Positions 8,470 through 18,054 of a DNA stretch of 64,000 nt are shown here, one piece after another (positions within the stretch are counted from its first letter, which is position 1; each line of letters opens with the position of its first letter). A program made the translations under genes and the position numbers. The notes beneath the pieces were generated by a model, which searched no databases, was not told where the DNA came from, and saw only the letters and a program-made list of their open reading frames with translations. This stretch comes from Candidatus Woesebacteria bacterium GW2011_GWA1_44_23. GTDB taxonomy: Bacteria > Patescibacteriota > Microgenomatia > UBA8517. The DNA lies in assembly GCA_001001045.1 (NCBI GenBank), contig LCIL01000001.1, forward strand, positions 442 through 64,441. Direction: 5' to 3'.

Positions 8470-10194
8470 ATGGAAGATCTAATAGCCAAGGGCAAACGGA
8501 TAATAAACTCCCAACAAAATTCGGTTCTATCTGCGACGAGTCTTATCATGGTTATGATTGTTGTCTCTATGGTATTGGGGCTTATAAGGCAGAGGGTGCT
8601 GGCCAGCTATTTTACTCCCGATTCCCTTTCGCTTTTTTTTGCCGCCTTTAGGCTTCCCGATGCGATATTCCAGGTTTTGGTTTTTGGAACTTTCTCATCC
8701 GCATTTATTCCGGTTTTTACCAAGACTTTAAAAGAAGGCGAGGCAAAAGCCTGGCTACTTGCAGGGAAAGTCGTTTCGATTGGTCTGGCGATTCTCCTTT
8801 TTGCCGTAGCCATTGTCGGATTCGGAGCCGTAAAAATTTATTCTGTTATTGCTCCGGGGTACGGCGTCGCCGGAACGGCTGAAATAGCATTTCTGGCCCG
8901 GATTCTTTTTGCTGCACAAGGATTCTTTGTCATAAGTTATGTTTTAACGGGTGTTCTTGAATCCCTGAGAAGATTTTTAATACCCGCCCTTGCACCGATT
9001 TTTTATAATCTCGGAATAATTCTCGGTACCGTCATACTGACACCCTACCTGGGGTTGACCGCTCCGGCCGTCGGAGTTGTAATCGGTGCTTTTGCCCACT
9101 TTATCATTCAATATCCGTTATCAAGAAAACTTGGCTTCAGGTTTACCTTTGATCTGAGGCCGGATGACGGCGTTAAAAAGATCGGGCAGCTTGCCCTCCC
9201 GAGGGTAATCGACTTGGCTTTTGACCAGATTGGCAAAAGTGCCGAACTTTTTCTTTCATCAATTATTTCTCAGGCCTCCTACACCTACTATACCTTTGCA
9301 AATTCTCTTCAACTTCTGCCCGTGACACTTTTTGGCACATCCTTGGCAAAAGCAGTCTTGCCCATGCTTTCTAGTGTTGAGGGAGATTGGAAAGAATACA
9401 GAAAAATCCTTTTGGCTGCAATTTATCAAGCAATATTTTTCACTTTGCCTCTTTCGGCGGCACTGATTGCACTCAGAATCCCCGTTGTACGTCTTATTTA
9501 CGGGACAAAAATTTTTGATTGGGAGGCAACGATACAAACCGGAACAATTCTTTCGGTCTTTGCTATTGCAACAGTTTCCCAGACCCTGATGTCGGTTCTT
9601 GCCAGGGCATTTTTTGCTCTGCACGACACAAAAACCCCGGTACTAATTTCTTTCATAGGGCTTGCAATTCTGGTTGTTGGTGATTTTATTCTGGTGAAAG
9701 GATTTCATCTTGAGGTTTGGGCCCTTGCTGCGTCATTCGCAGTGAGTACTATCGTTGAGGCAATAATTTTGTTAATCCTAATTGATAAAAAAGTCGGAGG
9801 AATAATTAGTTCTAAACTAATTATTCATGTTTTAAAAATTCTCGGTGCAACGACAATTTCGGGAGGAGCCATGTTTTTTATACTCAAGATTTTTGACAAG
9901 TCGGTCTGGGTAAAAAGACTCTCATTTTTAAGCGGGTTGGAGGTAACCAAGACATTCCCTTTTGAAAGATTCATGCTTGATACCCGTTACACAGGGAACG
10001 TAATAATTTTAACGGTTATGACATTTTTAGTAGGTGCCCTTATTTATACGCTTGTATCTCTCCTTTTCAAGATCGAGGAGGCGAGATATTTCATAAGAGT
10101 TGTCAGGCGGATCATGGTAAAAAGAACGCTTCCCCCTCTGCCTCCGAAAGAACAGGAACCTATCACTCCGGTCACGGATACTCAGGTTCAATAG
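8470..10194 (+). CDS. murJ: Lipid II flippase MurJ (MviN)
   Basis: AAFRLPD, FSSAFIPVF, QLLPVTLFG, FFALHDTKTPV motifs; start trimmed to ATG 8470. Confidence 0.92.
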   Translation: MEDLIAKGKRIINSQQNSVLSATSLIMVMIVVSMVLGLIRQRVLASYFTPDSLSLFFAAFRLPDAIFQVLVFGTFSSAFIPVFTKTLKEGEAKAWLLAGKVVSIGLAILLFAVAIVGFGAVKIYSVIAPGYGVAGTAEIAFLARILFAAQGFFVISYVLTGVLESLRRFLIPALAPIFYNLGIILGTVILTPYLGLTAPAVGVVIGAFAHFIIQYPLSRKLGFRFTFDLRPDDGVKKIGQLALPRVIDLAFDQIGKSAELFLSSIISQASYTYYTFANSLQLLPVTLFGTSLAKAVLPMLSSVEGDWKEYRKILLAAIYQAIFFTLPLSAALIALRIPVVRLIYGTKIFDWEATIQTGTILSVFAIATVSQTLMSVLARAFFALHDTKTPVLISFIGLAILVVGDFILVKGFHLEVWALAASFAVSTIVEAIILLILIDKKVGGIISSKLIIHVLKILGATTISGGAMFFILKIFDKSVWVKRLSFLSGLEVTKTFPFERFMLDTRYTGNVIILTVMTFLVGALIYTLVSLLFKIEEARYFIRVVRRIMVKRTLPPLPPKEQEPITPVTDTQVQ

Positions 10195-10226
10195 TATTTC
10201 GTCTTTCAGCCTCTCATAAAGGGGAC

Positions 10227-10263
10227 TTGACATCTTTTAGCACTCGAGGTATGATACTGCTAA
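10227..10263 (+). promoter_or_regulatory. sigma70 promoter overlapped by a CIRCE operator (HrcA site)
   Basis: TTGACA(10227)-17-TATGAT(10250); TTAGCACTC-N9-TACTGCTAA (10237-10263) versus consensus TTAGCACTC-N9-GAGTGCTAA, directly before hrcA. Confidence 0.92.
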
Positions 10264-10266
10264 CCT

Positions 10267-11004
10267 ATGACTGACGGGCTTACATCAAGACAAACTCAAA
10301 TCCTTAAGACCATCATTAATGAATATATTTCCACAGCCGAACCGGTTGGGAGCGAGGCGATGGACAAGAAATACAACCTCGGGGTTTCCCCCGCGACAAT
10401 AAGAAATGAGATGGTGGCTTTAACCAAAGCCGGCTATCTAAAACAACCCCATGCCTCGGCAGGTAGGATTCCGACTCCTGTAGCAATGAAATTTTATATA
10501 AACCAGCTTATGGAGGAAAAACAAATGAGTCTTGTGGATGAGGTTCGTGCCAAGGAAGAAGTCTGGGGTGTGCGGGACAATATAGATGAACTTATGGATG
10601 AGGCAACGCACGCACTGGCGGCAAGGACAAAATCTTTGGCGGTTGCGGCACTTAAAGACAAAAAGGATAGATTTTGGCAGGCAGGGCATTCATACATTTT
10701 TAACAATCCTGAATTTGCCGAGACGGCAGCCTGTCAAAGCCTTTTTTCAATTTTTGACGAGTTTGACAAAATGGACAGACTGTTTTTTGGTATGGGTGAG
10801 CCAACTTCCCCGCTGGAAGTTTTATTTGGCGAAGAGATTGGTTGGCCAGAACTTATTCCAGTCGGGATTATTGCTACGCATTTCAACATAAAAGGTAAAC
10901 CGTGCGCTCTCGGGGTGATTGGTCCCACAAGATCAAATTACGAGACAGTGATTCCGATTTTAAGATATTATGGGGGCTTAATTGAGGAAGTCGCAAATGG
11001 ATAA
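10267..11004 (+). CDS. hrcA: Heat-inducible transcription repressor HrcA (compact)
   Basis: EPVGS, VSPATIRNEM, QPHASAGRIPT, LGVIGPTR. Confidence 0.95.
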   Translation: MTDGLTSRQTQILKTIINEYISTAEPVGSEAMDKKYNLGVSPATIRNEMVALTKAGYLKQPHASAGRIPTPVAMKFYINQLMEEKQMSLVDEVRAKEEVWGVRDNIDELMDEATHALAARTKSLAVAALKDKKDRFWQAGHSYIFNNPEFAETAACQSLFSIFDEFDKMDRLFFGMGEPTSPLEVLFGEEIGWPELIPVGIIATHFNIKGKPCALGVIGPTRSNYETVIPILRYYGGLIEEVANG

Positions 11005-11479
11005 CAAAAAAACCAAAAAAACCGCATCATCTGATGCGCAAAAGATAAAAATTAAAAATGTGGACAGGGCCCATGAGGAGCTGGAGACGGTAAAAGCGAT
11101 GCTGGCGAGAGCGTTGGCCGATTACGACAATTTAAGTAAAAGGATTGACAGAGAAAGGGCCGATTCGGGTAAAATAGCATCTGTAGGGATTATTATCAGA
11201 CTCTTACCGGTTTTGGACAATTTGGAAAGTGCACAGGAACATTTGCAGGACCAGGGACTGGCAATAAGCCTGGACGAATTTAAAAAAATTCTCAGCGAAG
11301 AGGGTTTCAGTGAGATTAGGCCAAGAGAGGGAGATATTTTTGCCCCGGAGGTTATGGAGGCTATTGAAGTTGTAAAAGGCGAGAGCGATAATAAGATCTC
11401 AGAGGTGGTGCTGGTGGGTTGGAAATTTGAAGATGGTATGGTTGTCAGACACGCCAAAGTAAAAGTGTCTAAGAAATAA
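10997..11479 (+). CDS. grpE: Nucleotide exchange factor GrpE
   Basis: [26 protein letters not shown]; position between hrcA and dnaK. Confidence 0.93.
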   Translation: MDNKKTKKTASSDAQKIKIKNVDRAHEELETVKAMLARALADYDNLSKRIDRERADSGKIASVGIIIRLLPVLDNLESAQEHLQDQGLAISLDEFKKILSEEGFSEIRPREGDIFAPEVMEAIEVVKGESDNKISEVVLVGWKFEDGMVVRHAKVKVSKK

Positions 11480-11480
11480 A

Positions 11481-13400
11481 ATGGGAAAAATAATCGGAAT
11501 CGATTTAGGTACAACAAATTCTTGTGTTGCGGTGATGGAGGGCGGTCGCCCCAAAGTCGTCCCGGCTGTTGATACCGGCAGAAATACTACCCCATCGGTT
11601 GTTGAGCCTGTCAAGAACCTCATTGGGGACGTTGCCAAGAGGCAGATGATTCTTAATGCCAAAAATACTATCTACTCGGTAAAACGTTTGATGGGCCGAA
11701 GATTTGAAGACAAAGAAGTAAAAAGAACGGCCGAAATGGTCCCATACAAAATTATAGAGGGTAAAGGCGGGATCGCCGATATTGAAATTGAAGGTAAAAC
11801 TTACACTCCTCAGGAAATTTCGGCTAAGATTTTGATAAAGCTGAAGAAAGATGCAGAGGCCTACCTCGGAGAAAAAGTTGAACAAGCGGTCATCACCGTC
11901 CCCGCATATTTTGACGATGCCCAGCGTCAAGCCACGAAACAGGCTGGGGAAATTGCCGGACTTAAAGTTGAAAGAATTATAAACGAACCAACTGCTGCAG
12001 CTCTTGCTTATGGAATGGATAAAAAGAAAGACGAAAAGGTGGCCGTTTATGATCTTGGAGGCGGAACTTTCGATATTTCGATTATTGAGGTCGGTCTTGA
12101 CGAAGGAACGGGAGTAATAGAAGTCAAAGCTACAAACGGGGATACTCATCTTGGAGGAGACGATTTCGATGCAGTAATCGTCGATCATATTGTTTCCGAA
12201 TTCAAAAAAGAAAATTCGGTGGATCTTAAAGCCGATGCACAGGCATATCAGAGAGTAAGGGATGCTGCCGAAAAAGCCAAAATTGAGCTCTCGGCTGCTG
12301 AGGAAGTAGAAATTAATCAACCCTACATTACCCAGCGTGATGGCCAACCGCTTCACTTAACGATGAAATTGACCCGTGCCAAACTTGAAAGTTTGGTGGA
12401 GGACCTTATACAAAAGACGATTAAACCGGTTGAGGCTTGTCTCAAAGATGCCAAACTTGACGCTCACGATGTTGATGAAGTGATCATGGTCGGAGGAATG
12501 ACGCGTATGCCGAGAGTGGTCCAGGTCGTTAAAGATTTCTTTGGTAAAAACCCGAATCAATCAGTTAACCCCGACGAGGTTGTTGCCATCGGAGCCGCGA
12601 TTCAAGGTGGAGTTTTGGGAGGCGAAGTCAAAGACATACTTCTTCTTGATGTTACCCCTTTGACTTTGGCCATCGAAACCATGGGAAATATTGCCACTCC
12701 CATGATTCCGCGAAATACGACAGTTCCCACAAGTAAGACCGAAGTCTTTTCTACAGCCAGCGACAACCAAACTCAAGTCCAGATAGTAGTAACCCAAGGC
12801 GAACGTCCCATGAGTGCGGACAATAAAACCCTCGGGACTTTTGTTTTGGACGGAATTCCCCCTGCGCCTCGGGGCGTTCCTCAGATTGAAGTCACTTTTG
12901 ATATGGATGCATCCGGAATTTTGACCGTTACCGCTAAGGATAAAGCCACCGGAAAAACCCAAAACATCAAAATAACGGGTGCGGTAGGACTTTCGGATGA
13001 CGAGGTCAAACGTATGCAGGAAGAAGCGGAGAAGCATAAAGAAGAGGACGAAAAGAAAGCGGATGTGGTGAAAACCAAGAATAATGCAGATGCAATGGTA
13101 GCAACAGCCGAAAAAGCCATAAAAGATGCCGGTGATAAAGTCCCGACTGACGTTAAAGAAAAAATTGAGGAAAAAATCAAGAAAGTTAAAGAAATGGCAG
13201 GTAAAGAAGATGTCGGCAAGGAAGATATTGAAGCTGCAACAAAGGACTTGTCTGATGCTTTGAGTGAAATCGGTCAGGCGATGTATCAAAAAAATGAGCC
13301 GTCTGATAAAAAAGACGATAAAACCGAAGGCTCTGAGACTGCCGAAGGGGAAAAAGGAAAGAAAGAAGAGAAAGTGGAAGAAGGGGAAGTTGTAGAATAG
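11481..13400 (+). CDS. dnaK: Chaperone DnaK
   Basis: [34 protein letters not shown]. Confidence 0.99.
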   Translation: MGKIIGIDLGTTNSCVAVMEGGRPKVVPAVDTGRNTTPSVVEPVKNLIGDVAKRQMILNAKNTIYSVKRLMGRRFEDKEVKRTAEMVPYKIIEGKGGIADIEIEGKTYTPQEISAKILIKLKKDAEAYLGEKVEQAVITVPAYFDDAQRQATKQAGEIAGLKVERIINEPTAAALAYGMDKKKDEKVAVYDLGGGTFDISIIEVGLDEGTGVIEVKATNGDTHLGGDDFDAVIVDHIVSEFKKENSVDLKADAQAYQRVRDAAEKAKIELSAAEEVEINQPYITQRDGQPLHLTMKLTRAKLESLVEDLIQKTIKPVEACLKDAKLDAHDVDEVIMVGGMTRMPRVVQVVKDFFGKNPNQSVNPDEVVAIGAAIQGGVLGGEVKDILLLDVTPLTLAIETMGNIATPMIPRNTTVPTSKTEVFSTASDNQTQVQIVVTQGERPMSADNKTLGTFVLDGIPPAPRGVPQIEVTFDMDASGILTVTAKDKATGKTQNIKITGAVGLSDDEVKRMQEEAEKHKEEDEKKADVVKTKNNADAMVATAEKAIKDAGDKVPTDVKEKIEEKIKKVKEMAGKEDVGKEDIEAATKDLSDALSEIGQAMYQKNEPSDKKDDKTEGSETAEGEKGKKEEKVEEGEVVE

Positions 13401-13404
13401 CTTC

Positions 13405-13446
13405 ATGTCTACAAAGACTGGCTACTACGATGCACGAATTTTTTGA
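13405..13446 (+). pseudogene. Remnant duplicate of the dnaJ 5' end (mini-ORF MSTKTGYYDARIF)
   Basis: First 27 nt match the dnaJ start at 13703 at 21/27 positions; TAGAAT 6 nt upstream. Confidence 0.6.
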
Positions 13447-13702
13447 TGCCCCTTCCAGCAGAAGAATCCGCAAAGAGACGAGAGAAAGGGCTCAGTATGC
13501 GGATAACCAAATAGACCCCGGATTGAAAAGCCTCATGAACCAGGCCCGAAGTAAATTCCAGTTGACGATGGTTGATATGGCAGACTATGTTGACGAGGAG
13601 AATATAAATAGAATTTTTGAAGAATGTGTAAAGGATGTTCCGGGGGCTCAGGAAGCGTTTGAAATTTGGAACAAATTATTCGATAGTGCCGAGATAAATT
13701 AA
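13430..13702 (+). CDS. Orphan hypothetical protein inserted between dnaK and dnaJ
   Basis: 90 aa ORF whose stop abuts the dnaJ ATG; no recognisable motif. Confidence 0.6.
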   Translation: MHEFFDAPSSRRIRKETRERAQYADNQIDPGLKSLMNQARSKFQLTMVDMADYVDEENINRIFEECVKDVPGAQEAFEIWNKLFDSAEIN

Positions 13703-14578
13703 ATGGCTGCAAAAACTGATTATTACGATATTCTGGGAATTTCAAAATCCGCTACTGTGGATGAGATTAAAAAGGCTTACAGGAAACAGGCACTGGAGTG
13801 GCACCCGGACAGACATAAAGAAGATAAGGAAGCCGCTGAAAAGCGGTTTAAGGAAATAAACGAAGCCTACCAGGTTCTTTCCAATCCACAGAAAAAAGCC
13901 GCTTTCGATCAGTATGGCCATGCCGCATTTACCCCGGGAGGCGGGAATCCTTTTAGTGGTGGATTTCCCGGGGGGCAATCCGGACCATTCACTTATACCT
14001 ATACTGCCGGTGGCGCCGGGCAGAACCCTTTCGGGAACTTCGACTTCGGCGACCCCTTCGATATTTTTGAAAGCTTTTTTGGCGGAGGGAATCCCTTTGG
14101 ACGTGCCCAGCGCCAGCAAGTTCCCCGTTACTCGATAACATTGGACTTTATGGAAGCGGTAAAAGGGGTAAGTAAGGAAGTTGATGTCGGCGGCAAGAAA
14201 AGAAAAATCAAAATTCCGGCAGGCATCTATGAAGGGGCAAGAATTAATTTCGGTGACTTTACCCTATCGGTAAACATTAAACCTGATAAACTTTTTGAAA
14301 GGCAGGACGATGATATTTACGTAAGCGTGATCATCCCATTTTCGCTAGCAGTTCTTGGTGGTGAAATTAGCGTACCGACAATTGAGACCAAGGTAAAAAT
14401 AAGGATTAGGCCAGGTACCCAAGGCGGGACCATGATGCGCCTGCGTGAGCACGGCGTTCCTCATCTCCACGGACGGGGTAAGGGTGACGAATACGTCCGC
14501 ATAAACGTTTTGGTACCTGAAAAGTTAACCAAAGAACAAAAAAACATTGTCGAGCGGATGGCCGAGGAAGGGTTGTGA
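13703..14578 (+). CDS. dnaJ: DnaJ co-chaperone lacking the Zn-finger domain
   Basis: DYYDILG, HPD, G/F-rich region, C-terminal domain; no CxxCxGxG repeats. Confidence 0.93.
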   Translation: MAAKTDYYDILGISKSATVDEIKKAYRKQALEWHPDRHKEDKEAAEKRFKEINEAYQVLSNPQKKAAFDQYGHAAFTPGGGNPFSGGFPGGQSGPFTYTYTAGGAGQNPFGNFDFGDPFDIFESFFGGGNPFGRAQRQQVPRYSITLDFMEAVKGVSKEVDVGGKKRKIKIPAGIYEGARINFGDFTLSVNIKPDKLFERQDDDIYVSVIIPFSLAVLGGEISVPTIETKVKIRIRPGTQGGTMMRLREHGVPHLHGRGKGDEYVRINVLVPEKLTKEQKNIVERMAEEGL

Positions 14579-14590
14579 AGATTTCTAAAA

Positions 14591-15187
14591 ATGACTGAAA
14601 CTGGGGCTGGAATTGTTGACCGTTTGTTTCCCAGCGAGGAAACAAAATTATTACGAAAGGAACAAAATTCTTTGAGTAATCTATATAATGCGTGGAAAAA
14701 ATATGGGCACAGATTTAAGATGCCTCCTGAAAGTACCCCCATCGCCGATTTGTATCGATTGACCCAAGAGATTGGGTACAAGGTCAGGGAAGTCGGATTA
14801 GGAGCGAAGTACATTGATATTCACGGAAAAACGCAGGAAATAACCAGGGATAATTCATGCAGGATCGGTAAGGGAAACGTATTATATGTGGGTGTTTATG
14901 AACCCGGCTCTCCTTACGACCGTTCGGACTTGTGCCATGATGTGGGCGCATGCTTGACGGGGGGTAAGATCATTAAAAAAGACTGCGTTCCCTATATCAG
15001 GATAAACACGTTTAATCAGGTTACGCAACTTTCTGCAGGGAAAACGTTTTCCTTAGGAGAGCTAAGTGAAAAAAATCTACTTGATCCAAACGATAACACC
15101 AGAATCCCCGATACATATATTTTTGATGCCATTTTAGCTGGTGATATTGAAGCCAGCATGATTTCCTCGTCCTCTCGGGTCAGATAG
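14591..15187 (+). CDS. Hypothetical protein, possibly a degenerate ImmA/IrrE-like fold
   Basis: 198 aa ORF; PIADLYRLTQEIGYKV and RSDLCHDVG loosely resemble the ImmA/IrrE pattern. Confidence 0.55.
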   Translation: MTETGAGIVDRLFPSEETKLLRKEQNSLSNLYNAWKKYGHRFKMPPESTPIADLYRLTQEIGYKVREVGLGAKYIDIHGKTQEITRDNSCRIGKGNVLYVGVYEPGSPYDRSDLCHDVGACLTGGKIIKKDCVPYIRINTFNQVTQLSAGKTFSLGELSEKNLLDPNDNTRIPDTYIFDAILAGDIEASMISSSSRVR

Positions 15188-15193
15188 CCTTGT

Positions 15194-15283
15194 TTGACTT
15201 CAATTGCTTTATAGACTAAAATTACTCTTGGAATTTGAGATTGAGCATTTGACGAGGTGGGAAGAGAAGCCCGCCTTTTTTTT
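15194..15283 (+). promoter_or_regulatory. nusA operon promoter and leader terminator/attenuator
   Basis: TTGACT(15194)-17-TAAAAT(15217); hairpin AGGTGGG(15255)/CCCGCCT(15270) followed by a T run. Confidence 0.75.
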
Positions 15284-15307
15284 CGACAAAGCCAGTTACT
15301 AAAACAT

Positions 15308-16549
15308 ATGCCAGCGGCAAGAACAGAATTTTCACAAGCACTAAAAGCTATAGCCCAGGAACGAGGCTTGGATCCCAACGTGATTTTGGAGACCATCAAA
15401 GAGGCGATCATCGCTGCATACAAAAGGGATGCCAGAGAGCAAGGCACTGAAGTAGATTCTTTTGCTTACGACGCCGTGATTGATTCTGTAAACGGTGAAA
15501 CCAAAGTTTTTGCATGGCCGCTTCCTGCTGAGGATGCCTCTGAAAAAGAGATTGAAAAAGCCAAAGAAGAGAAAAAAGATGTTACTCCCCCCGGGTTTGG
15601 CCGAATCGCGGCTCAAACCGCGAAACAGGTGATTCATCAAAAAATCCGCGAAGCGGAAAAAGGAGCAATAATGGAAGAATTTCAGGAAAAAGTAGGATCT
15701 CTTGTTTCTGGCCTCATCCTTAGGTTTGACGGCCCGAATGTGAGGATCGATCTTGGAAGAACGGAAGCCATAATGCTGGCCGAGGACAGGATTCCCAATG
15801 AAAGACTTAGCTTAAATCAACGCTTGAGTTTTTTGATTAAGGCAATTAACGAAACTCCCAGAGGAAAAGAGATATTCTTGTCCCGTGCAGATCCCCAATT
15901 CGTAGTCAAGCTTTTTGCCAGGGAGGTCCCTGAATTTAATTCCGGATCGGTCGAAATAAAAGCTATTGCCAGAGAGCCCGGGGTGAGAACTAAGGCAGCT
16001 GTATTTTCCAGCCAGACTGGCGTTGACCCGGTTGGGAGTTGTGTGGGTCAAAAGGGTGTCAGAGTTCAGGCTGTTACAAATGAAATTGGTGGCGAAAGAG
16101 TTGACATAATTCCTTGGAATGAGGACCCAGCCGAACTTATTAAATCGTCGCTTTCACCCGCTGAAAATCTGTCGGTTGAACTGGATAAAGAAAAAGCGAT
16201 AGCCAAAGTGTCGGCTCCCGAAGATCAGCTTTCGATGGCAATTGGGAAAGACGGACAGAATGTCCGTTTGACGGCGAAGCTGACCGGTTGGAGAATCGAG
16301 GTTGAAGGAAATGGTATGATTTCTGCGCCTGAAGAAAAAGCAGAAGAGCCGGCACCCGCGCCCGTTGTTAAAAAAATCACTAAAACCAAAGCCAGAAAAC
16401 TTGCCAAGAAAGCAAAGGAATTGGGGGCAAACGAACCCGAAACGGAGGATTTGAAGATAGAAGAGCCACAGACTAAAGTCCCCGTACTTAAGACGGGAGT
16501 TACCGAGGAACCGGGAGAAGAAGAGCCGAAGTCTGAAGATAATAAATAA
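15308..16549 (+). CDS. nusA: Transcription termination factor NusA
   Basis: FGRIAAQTAKQ, AREPGVRTK, GSCVGQKG, AIGKDGQNVRL; start trimmed to ATG 15308. Confidence 0.97.
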   Translation: MPAARTEFSQALKAIAQERGLDPNVILETIKEAIIAAYKRDAREQGTEVDSFAYDAVIDSVNGETKVFAWPLPAEDASEKEIEKAKEEKKDVTPPGFGRIAAQTAKQVIHQKIREAEKGAIMEEFQEKVGSLVSGLILRFDGPNVRIDLGRTEAIMLAEDRIPNERLSLNQRLSFLIKAINETPRGKEIFLSRADPQFVVKLFAREVPEFNSGSVEIKAIAREPGVRTKAAVFSSQTGVDPVGSCVGQKGVRVQAVTNEIGGERVDIIPWNEDPAELIKSSLSPAENLSVELDKEKAIAKVSAPEDQLSMAIGKDGQNVRLTAKLTGWRIEVEGNGMISAPEEKAEEPAPAPVVKKITKTKARKLAKKAKELGANEPETEDLKIEEPQTKVPVLKTGVTEEPGEEEPKSEDNK

Positions 16550-16623
16550 AATGGAAATTTTGGTAAATTTCATAAAAATATCTTCATAATTTGAACTTTA
16601 GCTTCCGGATTTTGCAGAAAAAC

Positions 16624-18054
16624 ATGGAAGTAAAAAAGGATACGGAAAAGAACAGTCAAATAAGACCCCCAATTGTTGTTGTTTTGGGGCATGTCGATCA
16701 TGGAAAAACATCTCTCCTTGATGCTATCAGGAAAACAAACGTTACCGCGCGTGAAGCGGGAGGGATTACCCAAAGTATAGGGGCCTCCGTTATCGAAACC
16801 AAAGGTGGGGGAAGGATTACATTCATTGATACCCCGGGTCATGCCGCTTTCGGAAAAATGAGAAGCCGGGGCGCTAAAGTTGCAGATTTTGCCGTTTTGG
16901 TAGTTGCGCAGGATGACGGGGTTCAGCCCCAGACCCGTGAGGCGCTTGCAATTATTAAGGCTGCAAATCTTCCCTTTATCGTTGCAGGAACTAAAGCCGA
17001 CATCGTCGGGGTAAACGCAGAGGCGCTTAAAGGGCAGCTCGAAAAGGAGGGCGTATTTTTTGAAGGCCGGGGGGGGCAAGTTCCGTTCATTTCGGTTTCT
17101 GCAAAGACAAATATTGGCCTGACAGAAGTCGTGGAAATGCTTGTTTTGATGTCGGAAGTGGCGGAACTTAAAAGCGACCCGGCGGGAGGGCTTGAGGCGG
17201 TTGTCATCGAATCGGGCAAGGACAAAATGGGTCCTGTTGCGACAGTCGTTGTTAGGAATGGAACTATCAAAGTTGGCGAAACAATTTTCGCTGAAGAAAA
17301 CGAATGCAAGGTTAGAGCTTTGTTTGATGATAAGGGAAAATCTATCAAGCAAGTATTACCGGGGGAACCGGCGAAGGTTTTCGGGTTTACGGGTACTCCT
17401 CCCGTGGGAACTTCAGTTGCCCGAGAGGCGAAGGAAGCGGTTATAGAACCTCCAAAACCCAAGGGAGCCTTTGACCTTAGGCGTCTCAAAGATGATGAAA
17501 TTCCTTTAATCCTTAAAGCTAGTAATGCGGGGAGTCTTGAGGCGATCGTCGCCTCGCTTCCCCAGAAAGTTGTTGTTGTGGATAGCGGAGTGGGAGACGT
17601 TACATCCTCGGACATAATAAACGCGAAGACCGGAGATGCCTACATTTTTGTTTTTGAATCAAAAATTTCAAATGATGTACTGAAACTTGCCGAGGCGGAA
17701 AAGGTAAAAGTTGAGAGATTTGAAATTATTTATGAGCTTCTGCAGCGTCTTGAGGAAATTTTGAGAAGCGGGAGAGTTGAGGTTATCGGACGTGCTCAGG
17801 TCTTGGCCAGTTTTCCCTTCAACAACAAGAAAGTTGCGGGATGTAAGGTACTTGACGGCAGAATTTCAAAAGGCGATTCATTAGTCCTGACCCGCGACGC
17901 CAAAGAAATCGGCAAAGGTAAGGCAGTTTCAATTAAAAAACAGAAACTGGAAGTTGCGTCAGTCGGACAATCTGAAGAATTCGGAGTAATCACCGAGCCC
18001 CAACTTGATTTTGCTATAGGAGACGTGATAGTATCCGTGCGCAATGGGAAATAG
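16624..18054 (+). CDS. infB: Translation initiation factor IF-2 (minimal, no N-terminal domains)
   Basis: [32 protein letters not shown]. Confidence 0.96.
   Translation: MEVKKDTEKNSQIRPPIVVVLGHVDHGKTSLLDAIRKTNVTAREAGGITQSIGASVIETKGGGRITFIDTPGHAAFGKMRSRGAKVADFAVLVVAQDDGVQPQTREALAIIKAANLPFIVAGTKADIVGVNAEALKGQLEKEGVFFEGRGGQVPFISVSAKTNIGLTEVVEMLVLMSEVAELKSDPAGGLEAVVIESGKDKMGPVATVVVRNGTIKVGETIFAEENECKVRALFDDKGKSIKQVLPGEPAKVFGFTGTPPVGTSVAREAKEAVIEPPKPKGAFDLRRLKDDEIPLILKASNAGSLEAIVASLPQKVVVVDSGVGDVTSSDIINAKTGDAYIFVFESKISNDVLKLAEAEKVKVERFEIIYELLQRLEEILRSGRVEVIGRAQVLASFPFNNKKVAGCKVLDGRISKGDSLVLTRDAKEIGKGKAVSIKKQKLEVASVGQSEEFGVITEPQLDFAIGDVIVSVRNGK

Noticed and set aside
11505-13406. Long antisense ORFs opposite dnaK (283 and 281 aa), and similar shadows opposite infB, ftsK, rpoB, rpoC and fusA
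   Set aside because: They are mirror frames of conserved genes, with no motifs or independent expression signals.
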